Shown piece after piece: positions 1 to 13,346 of a stretch of DNA of 64,000 nt. Position numbers and translations under genes: made by a program. The DNA lies in contig MCFH01000040.1 in NCBI GenBank assembly GCA_002104945.1, positions 248,001 through 312,000 on the forward strand. The letters run 5' to 3'. The DNA comes from Piromyces finnis finn. Its lineage: Eukaryota > Fungi > Neocallimastigomycota. Each line of letters begins with the position of its first letter. Position 1 is the stretch's first letter. The notes below the pieces were generated by a model. It had not been told where the DNA came from, did not search any database, and was given only the letters and a program-made list of their open reading frames with translations.

Positions 1-1
1 T

Positions 2-2239
2 CGTAGACTCGAAGAAGCCGGACTGTACGCTAAACTTGAAAAATGTCTATTCGACTCTCCTTGTCTTGACTTCCTTGGTCATAGAATCTCTGCCTCTGGT
101 ATCGGAATGGACCCTAATAAGGTGAAAGCCATTGCGGAATGGCCGACTCCTAAATCGGTCCATGAACTACAATCTTTCCTAGGCTTAGCCAACTATTATC
201 GTAGATTTATTCCTGGCTTTGCTAAGATTGCTCACCCACTCCACCAACTTTGCAAGAAGAACACCGCCTTCGTTTGGAACGATACCGCTCAAGATGCTTT
301 TGATGCTTTGGTTAAGCATTTTATTAGTCAGCCTATCCTTGCATATCCTGATGTTGACCTACCTTTCGTTGTCGAAACCGATGCAAGTAACTTCGCCATA
401 GGTGCTGTATTGTCTCAAGTCAACAAGTCCGACAATATTCTTCACCCTGTTGCGTTCTTTTCTAGATCCCTTACAAACCCGGAGAAGAACTACCCTATCT
501 ATGATAAAGAACTTTTGGCTATCGTCGCGTCCTTAGAAGTGTGGAGACATTTTTTGAAAGGTGCGAATCATCCTTTCAAAATTATATCAGACCACAGAAA
601 CCTCCTTTTTCAGAAGAAACCGGAGAAGATGACTCAGAGATTAATTAGATGGTCCCTTTTCCTTGCTGAATTCGATTTTGTCATTGAATATCGCCCTGGC
701 TCCTCGAACGGGAAAACCGATGCCTTGTCAAGAAGACCTGACTATCTTGATCACTCTTGCAATTCCGATTCTAATAACTCTGTCTTTCGTCCCGAAAATT
801 TCAGCTCCTGCTTTGCTTCATCCACTCCTTCTTCTCTTCTTGAAAAAATTGCTCTCTCTTGTAAACTTGACAAATTCTTCATTGAGACTTCTAATCAACT
901 TCTCAATGATAATTGTTCTTCTGACTACAAACTTAGTAACAACGTCCTCCTTTTCCAAGATAAAATCTATGTTCCTAATGATTGCCGAGTTGAAATTCTG
1001 TCTTCTTGTCATGACTCCCCTGCTGCCGGCCATTTTGGTATTTCAAAAACTTTATCCTTGATTTCCCGTAACTACTGGTGGCCCAAAATGTATCAGGATG
1101 TTAAGGACTATGTCCGTTCTTGTGAGGTCTGCTGTCGTTCGAAATCCTCTAGACATAAACCTTACGGGTTATTATCCACTCTTCCTTTAGGTGAACGTCC
1201 CTGGTCTTCCATTGCTATGGATTTTATCACTGACCTCCCCTCTTCTCGTGGATTTACCTGTATCTTCGTTGTCATTGATCGATTGACAAAAATGGCTCAC
1301 TTTATCCCTCTTGAAAAAGTTCCCACTGCTGAACGTGCTGCCGAAGCTTTCATTAACAACGTCTTCAAACTTCATGGATGCCCCTCCGACATTGTTCTCG
1401 ACCAAGGTTCTCAGTTCACTTCAAAGTTTTGGAAGAAATTCTTTGCTACCCTCAAGATTGATTTGAAATACTCTTCTGCTTATCACCACCAATCCAATGG
1501 CCAGACGGAGAGAGTGAACTCCGTTGTAGAACAATATCTACGCTGCTTCTCAAATTACAAAGGCACTAACTGGATCGAATACTTAAGCCTAGCTGAATTT
1601 AGTTACAATAATTCAGTTCAAGAATCTGCAAAACAAACACCCTTCTTCTTGAACTATGGTTTCCATCCTAATTTTAATCCAACAATTCCAACAACAAGTG
1701 AAGTTCCAAGAGCTGAAGAATACACAAAAGAATTAAAAGAAATTATCAGCACCCTCAAGAAAAACCTTTCGGAAGCCCAAAAGAAACAAGAACATTTCGC
1801 CAATAGACATAGACAACCAGGCCCGTCATTCAAACCAGGAGAAAAGGTATGGTTAATCAATAATAATTTAGTTAAGGGAAATAAAAAATTCACCCCTCGG
1901 AAACTCGGTCCCTATGAAATTGAACAACAAATATCAGAAGTCTCATTCAAATTGAAACTCCCTGGTAACATGAAGATTGATCCGGTATTCCATAAATCAT
2001 CTCTCGAGCCTTACTTCGAAGGGAAAAGTACAAACCGAAAAGTTCAACCTCCACCACCTGTCATTATAAACGAAGAGGAGGAATACGAAGTAGAAGAAAT
2101 TCTGGACAAAAGAAGACGCTATAACAAAACTCAGTACTTGATCAAATGGAAAGGATATCCTATTTCAGAAGCCTCATGGGAACCCGAAGAAAATCTGAAC
2201 TGTCCAGCAAAGCTAAGAGAATTCAACAAGACCCATTAA
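2..2239 (+). CDS. pol: Gypsy Pol C-terminal part: RT end, RNase H, integrase, chromodomain
   Basis: Frame open from position 2 ([14 protein letters not shown]..). Motifs: [27 protein letters not shown] zinc finger, [21 protein letters not shown] (DDE), [25 protein letters not shown] chromodomain. Confidence 0.95.
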   Translation, partial: RRLEEAGLYAKLEKCLFDSPCLDFLGHRISASGIGMDPNKVKAIAEWPTPKSVHELQSFLGLANYYRRFIPGFAKIAHPLHQLCKKNTAFVWNDTAQDAFDALVKHFISQPILAYPDVDLPFVVETDASNFAIGAVLSQVNKSDNILHPVAFFSRSLTNPEKNYPIYDKELLAIVASLEVWRHFLKGANHPFKIISDHRNLLFQKKPEKMTQRLIRWSLFLAEFDFVIEYRPGSSNGKTDALSRRPDYLDHSCNSDSNNSVFRPENFSSCFASSTPSSLLEKIALSCKLDKFFIETSNQLLNDNCSSDYKLSNNVLLFQDKIYVPNDCRVEILSSCHDSPAAGHFGISKTLSLISRNYWWPKMYQDVKDYVRSCEVCCRSKSSRHKPYGLLSTLPLGERPWSSIAMDFITDLPSSRGFTCIFVVIDRLTKMAHFIPLEKVPTAERAAEAFINNVFKLHGCPSDIVLDQGSQFTSKFWKKFFATLKIDLKYSSAYHHQSNGQTERVNSVVEQYLRCFSNYKGTNWIEYLSLAEFSYNNSVQESAKQTPFFLNYGFHPNFNPTIPTTSEVPRAEEYTKELKEIISTLKKNLSEAQKKQEHFANRHRQPGPSFKPGEKVWLINNNLVKGNKKFTPRKLGPYEIEQQISEVSFKLKLPGNMKIDPVFHKSSLEPYFEGKSTNRKVQPPPPVIINEEEEYEVEEILDKRRRYNKTQYLIKWKGYPISEASWEPEENLNCPAKLREFNKTH

Positions 2240-2604
2240 AAAAAAAAAAAAAAAAAAAAAAAACTAATAATAATAAAATTAACTAATTTTCATTAATTTT
2301 TAGACACAAATGAGGGAATATTAATTTTTAGAATAAACTTAACCGATACCGTTTTGGCGAAGCTCCCATAGGGATTTACTGGACTTACAAGCGTACCAAG
2401 AACAAGTACTATCAAACGGCCATATTGGAACCTTGCCTATGAAACCTCTAGTACTTGTTGGACATACTTTAGTCTTGGCGCCAACCCGCCTTACATCAAA
2501 GTTACTCTACCAACCCCGACTTCGAACCCGCAACCTTCTAGTTCATTGCCAACTACTCGACCATTGTACCACACCTTTTAATTCTCATATGAAGTCAACT
2601 GCCT

Positions 2605-2645
<41 letters not shown>

Positions 2646-2690
2646 ATTAGCTTATAAATTCGTCTGGAATCCGAATTTAGAGGAGGAGCT

Positions 2691-3066
2691 TGTAATGAGG
2701 TATATCTAATGATAAGGGTTAGACTAGAAAATCATTAAGGTTAGATTAATGAAAATTTCATAATTATATTTTTATAACCAATCATTAAGTAATTAATTCA
2801 CTTATCAAATTGTATTAAAAAAAAAAAAAATAATTTTCATGTATAAAAGAGAGAATAAGAAAGATAAAATAGTTCTTTAGTGTTTTTATTAATAATTAAT
2901 AAAAATTAGTTTTTTTTTTTTTGTTTCGTCTTTAGTTTGATAATACACTGACCTAGCGAGTTAGTCGTATTATAATAATAAATTTAATAAATAAACATTA
3001 TTAAAAAAAATACATATATTTGATACATTAGAGTGTGTGTGTTTATTATTATAATATTCCGTTACA
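2691..3066 (+). repeat. 3' LTR of E1 (376 bp)
   Basis: TGTAATG..CGTTACA following the PPT; near-identical reverse-complement solo copy at 38866-39234. Confidence 0.93.
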
Positions 3067-5728
3067 TAAAGTTAAACTCGGCAAGGAATAGAGACCAACG
3101 AACTAATCTTTGAGTCATTTTTTCGGGTTTCTTCTGGTAGAGCAAATTTCTATGATCCGAGAAAATCTTGAAAGGCTGAGTAGTTCCTTTGAGTAGATGT
3201 CGCCAAGTTTCTAAAGCAGCTACAATTGCTAAAAGTTCTTTATCGTAGATCGGATAGTTCCTTTCAGAAGAACTAAGCGATCTAGAGAAAAATGCCACTG
3301 GATGAACCGACTTGTCTTTTGGATTCGTTTGTGAAAGGATTGCTCCTATAGCGAAATTACTTGCATCCGTTTCAACTATGAAAGGTATATCACGATTCGG
3401 GTATGCAAGAACAGGGGAAGAAGCAAATTTGGATTTGATTAAACTAAAAGAATTTTCACACTGATGAGAGAAGCAGAATTTAACATCCTTCTTAAGTAAC
3501 GCATTCAGTGGTTGTGCGATCTCAGCAAAACCGGCAATGAATCTTCTATAATAATTAGCTAACCCAAGAAACGCTTGAACCTCTTTAACGCTTTTAGGAG
3601 TTGGCCATTCCAAGATAGATGCAATTTTCTTTGGATCCATTAAAATACCTTCAGAAGATATACGATGACCTAAGAAATCGATAAATGGGACAAAGAACTC
3701 ACATTTTTCAAGTTTTGCGTAAAGTCCCGCTTTTCTAAGTCTTTTAAGTACTTCTTTAACCTGGATTACATGGGTTTTAAAATTTTCCGAGAAAATTATT
3801 AAGTCATCAATATAACTAAAGACAAATATTCCCAAGATTCCCTCAAGCACATCATTAATGAAATGTTGAAATACTGCAGGTGCGTTTTTCAAACCAAACG
3901 GCATTACAGTATATTCAAAGTGTCCATATTTGCAAGTAAAAGCAGTTTTGAATTCATCACCTTCTTTGATCCTCACAAGATTATAAGCGGATCTTAAATC
4001 AAGTTTGGAGAAGATGTTGCTTTTACCTAGATGTTCCAACATGTCATTAATTAATGGTAAAGGGTATGAATCACGGATTGTGATTTCGTTTAATTTCCTA
4101 TAATCTTGACATAGACGTAGTTCACCATTTTTCTTCGGGACAAAAAGCACTGGGGCACCAGCCGGAGACTTCGAAGGTCTGATGAAACCTTTTCGCAAAT
4201 TTTCATCAATGTATTCCTTCAATACCATTGATTCTTTATCCGTTAAAGGATAAATTGGTCCATAGAAAAGTTTGGAGTCCGGCTTAAGACGGATTTCACA
4301 ATCGTATTGCCTATGTGGCGGCAATTGTTCAGCGGCTTTTTCATTAAATACATCTTCAAAGGCTTGAAGTTCAGCGGGTAGAATAACTTCTTGATTACTA
4401 GAAGTGTTAGTGGTGGAATCTTGACTTTTTGGAAGATTTGTTACAGAATCATGGATATAAGAATTGGTTGAAGTGCTACAAGAAGGTTTGGAATCATTAG
4501 AAATAGAAGAAATAACATAAGTAGGGGCAACATTTGGAATGACAGAGCAATGTGACAAACAGAAATTTGAATTAAAAGATAATTCTTTTTCAACGAAGTT
4601 AATAATAGGGTTGTGCTGATGTAACCATTCGGCACCTAAGATACCACAATATCCCGGGAGGTCTACAATATAAAATATAGTTTTACATTGGTGGTTTTTG
4701 TATTTAATTGAAATTGGGATGGATTTACCTAAAACTAGTTGTTCCCCACCAATACCAGAGATTTTGTCGAGAGAGACGGATTTATCAAAAGGAATGTTGT
4801 TTTCTTCTGCAAAGACCACATCTATTAGGTTAAGTTGGGATCCTGAATCAATTAGTAGTTTAGTGTTAACGGAGACGTCGGAAGTATTGAGTTGGAACTC
4901 AAAAACTGGTTGTTTCAAATGGGGATTATCGGAGAATCTTATTCTAGGTTTCTTTTCAGGCATAGAATTAGAAATATGAGTCCCAGCTGTTTTTTCATTT
5001 TTACTTCTTTTTGGACAGTTGTTTAACTTGTGATCTGGAGAACCACAATATAAACAGAGATTCTCCTTAATTCTTCTAGCCTTTTCTTCTGAGGTAAGCG
5101 GTCCGTAAGTTTTCTTATTTCTCGAAGTGAAAGGTTTTCTATTTGCTTCAGTTCTTCGGTTTTGATTGGTGCTATTAGAGTGATTGTTGTTGAAAAATCT
5201 TCTATTAGTATCGATTCTAGAATCGATTCTTGATGCTATAACTTGTAAATTTAGTAGCGTTTGTGGACCGGGAAACATTTCTAAAATTCTATTGGCGACT
5301 TGATCTTGTAGTCCAGCTAAGAAGGCGTCCATTTTTGCACTTTCGTTCCAAGAGGAGTCATCAGAGTATCGGTTAAATTCAAGAATATATTTTTGAATTT
5401 CTCCGATTTTCCTTTGCTTTATAGTTCGAAGCTTTTGATTAGCCACAAATGTTGAGTCGTTGTTGCCAAACACAGATTTAAGCTTTGCAACAAATGAGTC
5501 ATAATTTAATAGGCATTCGTCATGGTTGTGAATTAATGATGCAGCCCAATTCAAGGCTTCACCATATAGTCTTGAAATAATATAGACGATTTTTGCTTCG
5601 TCATCCGCGTAGCGCTCTGGGTAGACCATAAAGATTAATTCTATTTTGGCGAGAAAACCCTTAAAGAAACGACGATTTCCAGCGAAACCATCCTTCAACG
5701 TAGCATGGTTCATCAATTCTTCATCCAT
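3067..5728 (-). pseudogene. Gag-Pol of E2 (capsid, CCHC, protease, RT, RNase H) truncated by the E1 insertion
   Basis: CLYCGSPDHKLNNC, LIDSGSQLN, YIDD, ETDAS. The stop at 3062-3064 is supplied by the E1 LTR end (AEFNF|M*). Confidence 0.92.
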
Positions 5729-5784
5729 ATTCTTTATTTTATTGAAAATATCTAATTTTAATTCAATTTAATCGTATAATATAT

Positions 5785-5880
5785 CCAAGAGAGTCCAAAA
5801 GAGTCCAAAAGAGTCCAAAAGAGTCCAAAAGAGTCCGAGAGAGTCCAAGAGTCCAAGAGTCCAAGAGAGTCCAAAAGAGT
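5785..5880. repeat. Tandem GAGTCC(A)2-4 repeat in the E2 leader
   Basis: About 9 consecutive gagtccaaaa / gagtccaa units. Confidence 0.9.
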
Positions 5881-6096
5881 TGTAAAACAATATACAAAGG
5901 TAGTGTCTATTGCCTAGAGAAATAATAAAGGAGTAAACAGAAGTAGTATCTAAAGTAGCAAAACAGAAAAGTACAAAAGTCAGGTAGATACTAATATACA
6001 AGTGGATATTTAAACCAAGGGTAGACACTATAACAGGTAGGAAAAATAAACAAATTAATTAAGGTAAAGGGAATATGTTACGACTGGTGTTTTTAT

Positions 6097-6642
6097 TGTA
6101 ACGCGTATCTATATAAGTATTTAATAATGTGGTAATTAATAAACTTTATATAGATAATAATTTTGATCCCAATAAGTCAATTAATTTTATTTATTAAAAT
6201 TTTTAATTATTTTTTATTTAAATTATTTTTTAATAATAAATATTTTTTTTTTTTAAAATTTAAAAGTTAAAAGTTAATAGTTAATAAAAACACAATTTTT
6301 TTAATTTTCGATTCAAACCACTTCTATTTATACTTTTTCTAAATCTGATGTGGCTAAATCAAAAATTTTAATTATCTTTCTAGATTGTTCTTTAAATTAA
6401 TTAAAAATTGCATAAGATGAATCCCGTGATAAAATTACAAAAAATATTTGATTTTTCGAATATTCGAACTTATTCTTTTTCGAATAAGTTCTATAAGTTT
6501 CTATGAGTCGTAAATTAAATTGTTAAATAAATAATCTAAAATATATTTCGGATCAAGGTGTGAGTCGAACCCGAGTGATCCAGATTAATGTCTTAAATAC
6601 TAACCATTAAGACAATATTAATTATCTAATAGATTCGTTACA
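6097..6642 (-). repeat. 5' LTR of E2, containing tRNA-like A/B boxes
   Basis: TG..CA termini with a 7-bp terminal inverted repeat; start shares tgtaacgaatc with the E4 LTR. Confidence 0.88.
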
Positions 6643-9600
6643 TAAATAAAGATTAATTTTAAAATATCAAAGTTACAAATGAAATTTGGATAAATGTTTA
6701 AATTAATGGATAATTAAATTTAAATATTTTAAATATTCAAATTAAATCTTAAAAAGTTTTTATTTAATTAAAATTAGTTTAATAACTTTAGCGTAGTTTT
6801 AAATTAGCATTTTTAATTATAAATATATAATAAATAGTATTGTTAATATTTAATTAATATATGGATAATACATGGACTGTATTCAATTTGCAGTTTACTC
6901 AAATTGAATCAAAAGTGTATTTAATTAGTTTTAGTTTAGTTTTATTATTTTATTATTTAATTAAATTAGTATTAAATTAGTTTTGTTTATTTTATATTGA
7001 ATATATGTATAATTAAATAGAATAGTATATTAAAATATAATTTACGAAAAATATAATTGCATGTAAAATTTCTTGATTAAAACGATGTAATTGTTATTGA
7101 CTATTATTTAGTTAATAACTAAATAAAATTAATAAAAGAGATATTTTTTTAATATAATTTATTTTCTTGTTTTTTCTTTATTTTGTGTTGTTGTTTTATT
7201 GTAAAAATTTTTATAATCTGTTTTACATTTATAAAACTTTTACAATAACAATTACCTTTGTTCTAATAAAACACGTTATAAATTTTTTTTTTAATAAAAC
7301 ATATTTAATAAAATTTTTTTTTACTACCGCGTTTTAGGGACTCTCTATCTTGCTTTGAAATTTGCTACCGTGTTTAGAAACTAACTACCGCGTTTTAGGG
7401 ACTCTCTACCTTACTTTGAAATTTGCTACCGCGTAATAAAGGATTATCTACCGCGTTTTGGTATTGCTACCGTGTCATTTAGAACGACTACTTTGCTTTA
7501 GAGATATCTACCGCGTCCATCATTGTACTTGTATATAATGTGGATCAACTTTATTTAATCTTCCACCAACATCTACTATTGTACTGTATTTAATTTTGTT
7601 ACTATATTTTTAAGAGCTCGTCTAACACCGTTTGATAGGATAGAGTTACGACGACATCTTAATTAAAATATTGTAAAAAATTAAATAAGTAAATATTAAA
7701 CATACTGGAAGAAATAAACCAACTTTTATCTAACCTCCACTTAAACGGAAATATGGACCGTCAAGGGGCGTCTTTGAGGATAGTTAATGATCCTCCAACT
7801 TTCTCAGGAAGAAGACAAGAACTAGATGGGTTCTTGACCAGGGTTGAACTAGCCATTGAAGCCAACCCTGATAGATCCGCTAATGATGAAGCGAGAGTTC
7901 GCTTCTTAATATCTTACTTTGTTAACAGACCTTTAGAATGGGCCGCTCGTTTACGACAGAACAACGACGCCATTCTAAGAAACTATGATCAATTTATTGC
8001 TGCCCTTCGTACCAATTTCGGAGATCCCAATAATGACACAATTGTTGCAAATGGAAGACTTTGCAACATAAAACAAAGAAAGTTTGGCAAAGTGTTTGAA
8101 TATATTAATGAATTTCAACGCGTTAGCCAAAACTCTAATTTCAATGAAGCAGCGAAGATATATATGTTCACAAAGGGCTTACATCCAAAAATGCGTGAAC
8201 ATTTAGCAATAGTCAACCCAAATCCTACTCAGCTAGAGCGTCTCTACTCTGATGTCCTTAGCATAGAAAATCTTACTAAGAGAAATGACATCAGCGAATA
8301 TTATATGACGCACCAAGATAGAAGAAATTATAATCGTGACGATCCAATGGATGTTGACCTATATAGGATTAGCAAGGGTCAACGAAACGTAAATTACTTC
8401 CCATCTCACAGAAGTAATTACGTTGAACCTTCTACTACTAGATCGGATTTAAAGAAAAAAGGGGTTTGTTTTTCTTGTGGGAAGTCTGGACACATGCAGT
8501 TCAATTGTCCAAACAGGAAAAAGCCTAAGAGTGTTAAGATTATTAAAAGGACTATCTCCGAAGAAGAAGCCAGTTCTTCAACCCCTTCAGTCAAAAGAAT
8601 TAGACCAACCAAAGATGTTACTGAGAATGATTCAAACTTATATAAAATACACAAAAGTGAAAAGAAGAACATCATCGATTTTTATATAAAAACAAACGAT
8701 ATGGAAGAAGTGAAAGTCAAAGTCCTTATTGATTCCGGCTCTGATTTAAATTTTATTCATCCTGAATTTGCGAGAATTAATAACATTAAGCTTTACAATA
8801 TCAGGAATCCTTTTAAGGTTTCTGGTCTTGGTCAAGGTAATTCCACTGTTAGAAAAGAATCCGAAAATTGTATTCTCCGTTTAAGGAACCATTACGAAGT
8901 AATTCAACTGTACTCGTTAAGGATTCCCGAAGTCGATGTTATTCTTGGAGTACCTTGGATTGAGAAACATTGTCCAGTTTATTATCATGATTCCTCAAAA
9001 ATTGCCTTTAGCTCCGGATACTGTGCTCGACACTGTAATGTAGGCAAAAGGAGAAATAAGGGTACAACCAATATGGATAAGAAATCGATGTCATCATCAA
9101 GAAAAGGGAAAGAAGCTGCCTTGGATAACGAAAATGAACAATCCTCTTGCATTGACCGTGGTTTTTCCGACTATGACGAATCCTTTTGTTGTAACTCTAG
9201 TGATGACGAAGAAACTGTTAATATCAGGGGCCGTAGAACCTCCGTTAAAACCATTAGTAACTTAGATAGTTGTAATAAAATTAAATTTAGTGATAGTTTA
9301 AATAGCAATAATAATAATAATAATAATAATAATTGTAATTTTAAATGTACATGTAATAATATTAATTGTATTGATGATAATTTAAATAAAGATAATAATT
9401 CGGTCACTGGACCAAAACAATACTCATTTTCAAAAGAAGTGATTAATAATAACAATTTTTGTGTATTAAATTCCGTTAGTAACTGTAATGATTTATCTTG
9501 TAATATTATTAATAAATGTAAAACTGAAAATAATAATTTAAATAAAGATAAAAAATCTGTTGAAATCCCAAATCAATATTTATTATTTAAAGAGGTTTTT

Positions 9601-12600
9601 AATGAAAAGAATTGTAATATTTTACCTCCACATCGTGAATACGATTGTGAAATCAGATTAAAGGATAATTCTAACTTGTTTTATGGTCCTCTTTATCCTT
9701 TAACTGAGGCAGAGAGAGATGAATTAAAATGTTATATTAAAGAAAATTTGGAAAAAGGTTTCATTAGGAAATCTACATCTCCTGCCGGAGCACCAGTTTT
9801 ATTTGTCAAAAAGAAAGATGGGTCATTAAGACTATGCGTTGATTATAGGAAACTTAATGATATGACCATTAGAAATTCATATCCTCTTCCATTAATTGGT
9901 GACTTATTGGATAGAGTGAAGGGTGCAAAGTACTTTACTAAATTGGACTTAAAGTCTGCTTATAATTTAGTAAGAATCAAAGAGGGTGATGAATACAAAA
10001 CTGCCTTTAGAACAAGATATGGGCATTTTGAATATCTCGTCATGCCTTTTGGTTTAAAGAATGCACCAGCTACTTTCCAACATTTCATAAATGATGTCCT
10101 TAGTGATTATTTGGATGATTTTGCTATATCATATATTGATGATATTCTAATATACTCAAATAGTCTAGAAGAGCATCATGAACATGTTAAAAAAGTATTG
10201 GAAAAATTATTAGAAAATAATTTATATGTAAAGTTAGAGAAGTGTGAGTTTGATGTTTCAGAAACCACTTTTTTTGGTTATGTATTATCCAAAGATGGTT
10301 TGAAAATGGATAGAGATAAAGTTAAAGCTATCCTCGACTGGCCTGTTCCTACAAATGTTAAAGAAGTCCAATCTTTTATTGGATTATGCAATTATTATAG
10401 AATTTTTATTAAAGACTTTGCAAAAATCGCAAGTCCTTTACATAAACTTACTAGGAAAAATGTTCCTTTTAATTGGGCTTCTGAGTGTCAAAATGCATTT
10501 GTTATACTTAAAAAGGCTTTTACTTCTGCTCCTATTTTAATGAACCCTGATAGCAACAAACCTTTTATTGTTGAGACTGACGCTAGTAACTTTGCAGTCG
10601 GTGCAATTCTTTCACAAGAGTTTGAAGGGCAATTGCACCCTATTGCTTTTATTTCATCTAGCTTAACCAAGTCTCAAAGAAATTATCAAATTTATGATAA
10701 AGAGTTGCTCGCTATCAAAGTGGCTCTCGAAGAATGAAGACACTATCTGGAAGGTGCAAAGCATCAGTTCGTCATTTATACTGATCATAAGAATTTAACT
10801 TTCCCAAGAAAGCCTGAAATGCTCTCACAAAGACAGATAAGATGGTATGAATTCTTATCTAGATTTGATTTTAAGTTAATATATAGGGCTGGAAAAAAGT
10901 GTGGCAAACCTGATTTGTTATCCAGACGTAGTGATCACATTTGTAATGATAGTAATAATAATAGAATTAATAAAAACATTGAATGTAGTAATTTTAGTTG
11001 TAATTTTATTTCATGTAATGTAATTAATACTTTTAATAAAGATGATTCTTTAATCAATTCTATTTTATGTTCTTTAAAAAATGATGATTTATATAATAAA
11101 GTTTGTGTATTTTTAAATGAAAAAAATTCTTTGTCCCCTCCGATTAGGAATATTAATAAAGTTAAAATTGATAAAGAAGGATTTTTACTTTACGATAATT
11201 TAATTTATGTTCCTTCTTCATTAAGAACTAGGGTCTTAGAATCACATCATGATTCTATTTCTGCTGGTCACTTTGGTGTTAATAAAACTATTGAATTAAT
11301 TAGTAGAAATTTTTGGTGGCCAAAATTTAGTTATGATGTTAAAAAATTTATAAAGTCTTGTGAAACTTGTTGTAAAGCTAAATTTCCAAGACATAAACCA
11401 TATGGTTTGCTTTCTCCTCTTTCCACGCCTAATAGAGCTTGGTCGGAATTGTCAATGGATTTTATTGTCGAGCTTCCAAAATCCAAAGACATGACCACCA
11501 TTATGGTTGTAGTTGATAGGTTAACAAAAATGGCTCATTTTATTCCTTTAAGATGTCTGCCTACTGCTTCTATAGCAGCTGATGTTTTTGTTAACAATAT
11601 CTTTAAATTACATGGTTTTCCTGATTCTATCATTTCTGATCGAGGTACTCAATTTACTTCAGACTTTTGGAATCGCTTATGTAATTTGTTAAATATTAAA
11701 CTTGCTTTCTCTACTGCAAACCATCCTGAAACTGATGGTCAAACGGAGAGGATGAACGGGATATTGGAACAATATCTCCGTTGTTTTATTAACGAAAAAC
11801 AGAATAACTGGGTTGATTTGTTACCTTTTGCTGAATTTGCTTATAACAATACTTTACAGCAATCAATCAATCAATCTCCGTTTTTCGCTAATTATGGGTT
11901 CAATCCAAAATTCAATCCTGAAATTCCTTCAGCGAATAGACCAAATAGAGCTGAACAAAGAATTTTGGATATTAATGAAAACATTAAATTTTTGAAAGAA
12001 AATCTTGATCAAGCAAAAGAAACCTACAAAAAGTATGCTGATCAAAAGAGAATGGAATCCCCAAATTTCGAAGTTGGTAAAAAAGTTTGGTTATTAAAAG
12101 GTATTAATCCTTCAAACAAAAATGTTAAAAGAAAACTTGCTGATCAAATGCTCGGACCTTTTGAAATAATCAAGAAGGTAAGTCCTTTAGCATTTGAATT
12201 AAAGTTGCCAAATAATTTACGTTGCCACCCTGTTTTTCATGTCTCGTTATTAGAACCTTATAACGAAAATGAATTTATAAATAGATCAGTAATAAATAAA
12301 AGAAAAAATATTAAGTTAACTACTGATACTATTGATAGGATTCCTGATAAGATTATTCAAGAAAGAAATTATCATGGAAAGAAATCTTTCTTGATGACAT
12401 GGAAAAATCTTGACGAAAATACTTGGATCCCGGAAGATCAAATTTCAGATGTACAATTGATCCAAGAATTTTATAGGAAAAATAAAAAGTCTAGAAAAGA
12501 AAGTCAAGATCAAGTTTATACAAGGAATAACAATGGTATGATCAGACATAGATATCAACCATTTGTAATTGATATTCCTTCAAAGAAATAATCTCGCAGG

Positions 12601-13346
12601 AGCTCGACTTAAAGGGCGAGATTGTAAAGATATAAAGTATATCTTTAAATTATTTAATAATTAATTAATAATTATTGAATAATAATTTTGATATTTTAAT
12701 GAAAAAATTGTTTATAAAATTTATTGTATAAATTTTATGGAATAATTAAATAAATATTAATTTTAAAATATCAAAGTTAGAAATGAAATTTGGATAAATA
12801 TTTAAATTAATGGATAATTAAATTTAAATATTTTAAATATTCAAATTAAATCTTAAAAAGTTTTTATTTAATTAAAATTAGTTTAATAACTTTAGCGTAG
12901 TTTTAAATTAGTATTTTTAATTATAAATATATAATAAATAGTATTATTAATATTTAATTAATATATAGATAATACATGGACTGTATTCAATTTGCAGTTT
13001 ACTCAAATTGAATCAAAAGTGTATTTAATTAGTTTTAGTTTAGTTTTATTATTTTATTATTTAATTAAATTAGTATTAAATTAGTTTTGTTTATTTTATA
13101 TTGAATATATGTATAATTAAATAGAATAGTATATTAAAATATAATTTACAAAAAATATAAATACATGTAAAACTTCTTGATTAAAACGATGTAATTGTTA
13201 TTGACTATTATTTAGTTAATAACTAAATAAAATTAATAAAAGAGATATTTTTAAATAAATTTTGTTTTTCTTGTTTCTTTTTATTTATTTCGTGTTTTAT
13301 GTTTTATTGTAAAATTTTATAATCTGTTTTTTTATAAACTTTTACA
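6643..13346 (+). mobile_element. Ty3/gypsy E3: 5' LTR remainder 6643-7244, 3' LTR 12623-13346
   Basis: 6643 aligns to position 125 of the 3' LTR (12747). PBS ataacaattac 7245-7255; PPT-like purine run before 12623. Confidence 0.92.
7753..12591 (+). pseudogene. Single-frame Gag-Pol of E3 with a nonsense mutation (TGG>TGA at 10735-10737) in RNase H
   Basis: ORFs 7753-10737 and 10819-12591 are in the same frame (ALEE*RHYLEG). CCHC, LIDSGS, YIDD, integrase DDE and a degenerate chromodomain are present. Confidence 0.92.

Larger units (their letters stand above)
1..3066 (+). mobile_element. Ty3/gypsy chromovirus E1, 3' part (5' part outside window), inserted into the pol of E2
   Basis: pol 3' half, then PPT agaggaggagct (2680-2690), then LTR TG..CA 2691-3066. 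The LTR end abuts and truncates the E2 ORF. Confidence 0.93.
3067..6642 (-). mobile_element. Ty3/gypsy chromovirus E2, 5' half, inserted into the 5' LTR of E3
   Basis: 5' LTR 6097-6642 (TGTAACG..CGTTACA), PBS 6087-6096, leader with tandem repeat, gag-pol cut at 3067 by E1. Confidence 0.9.
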
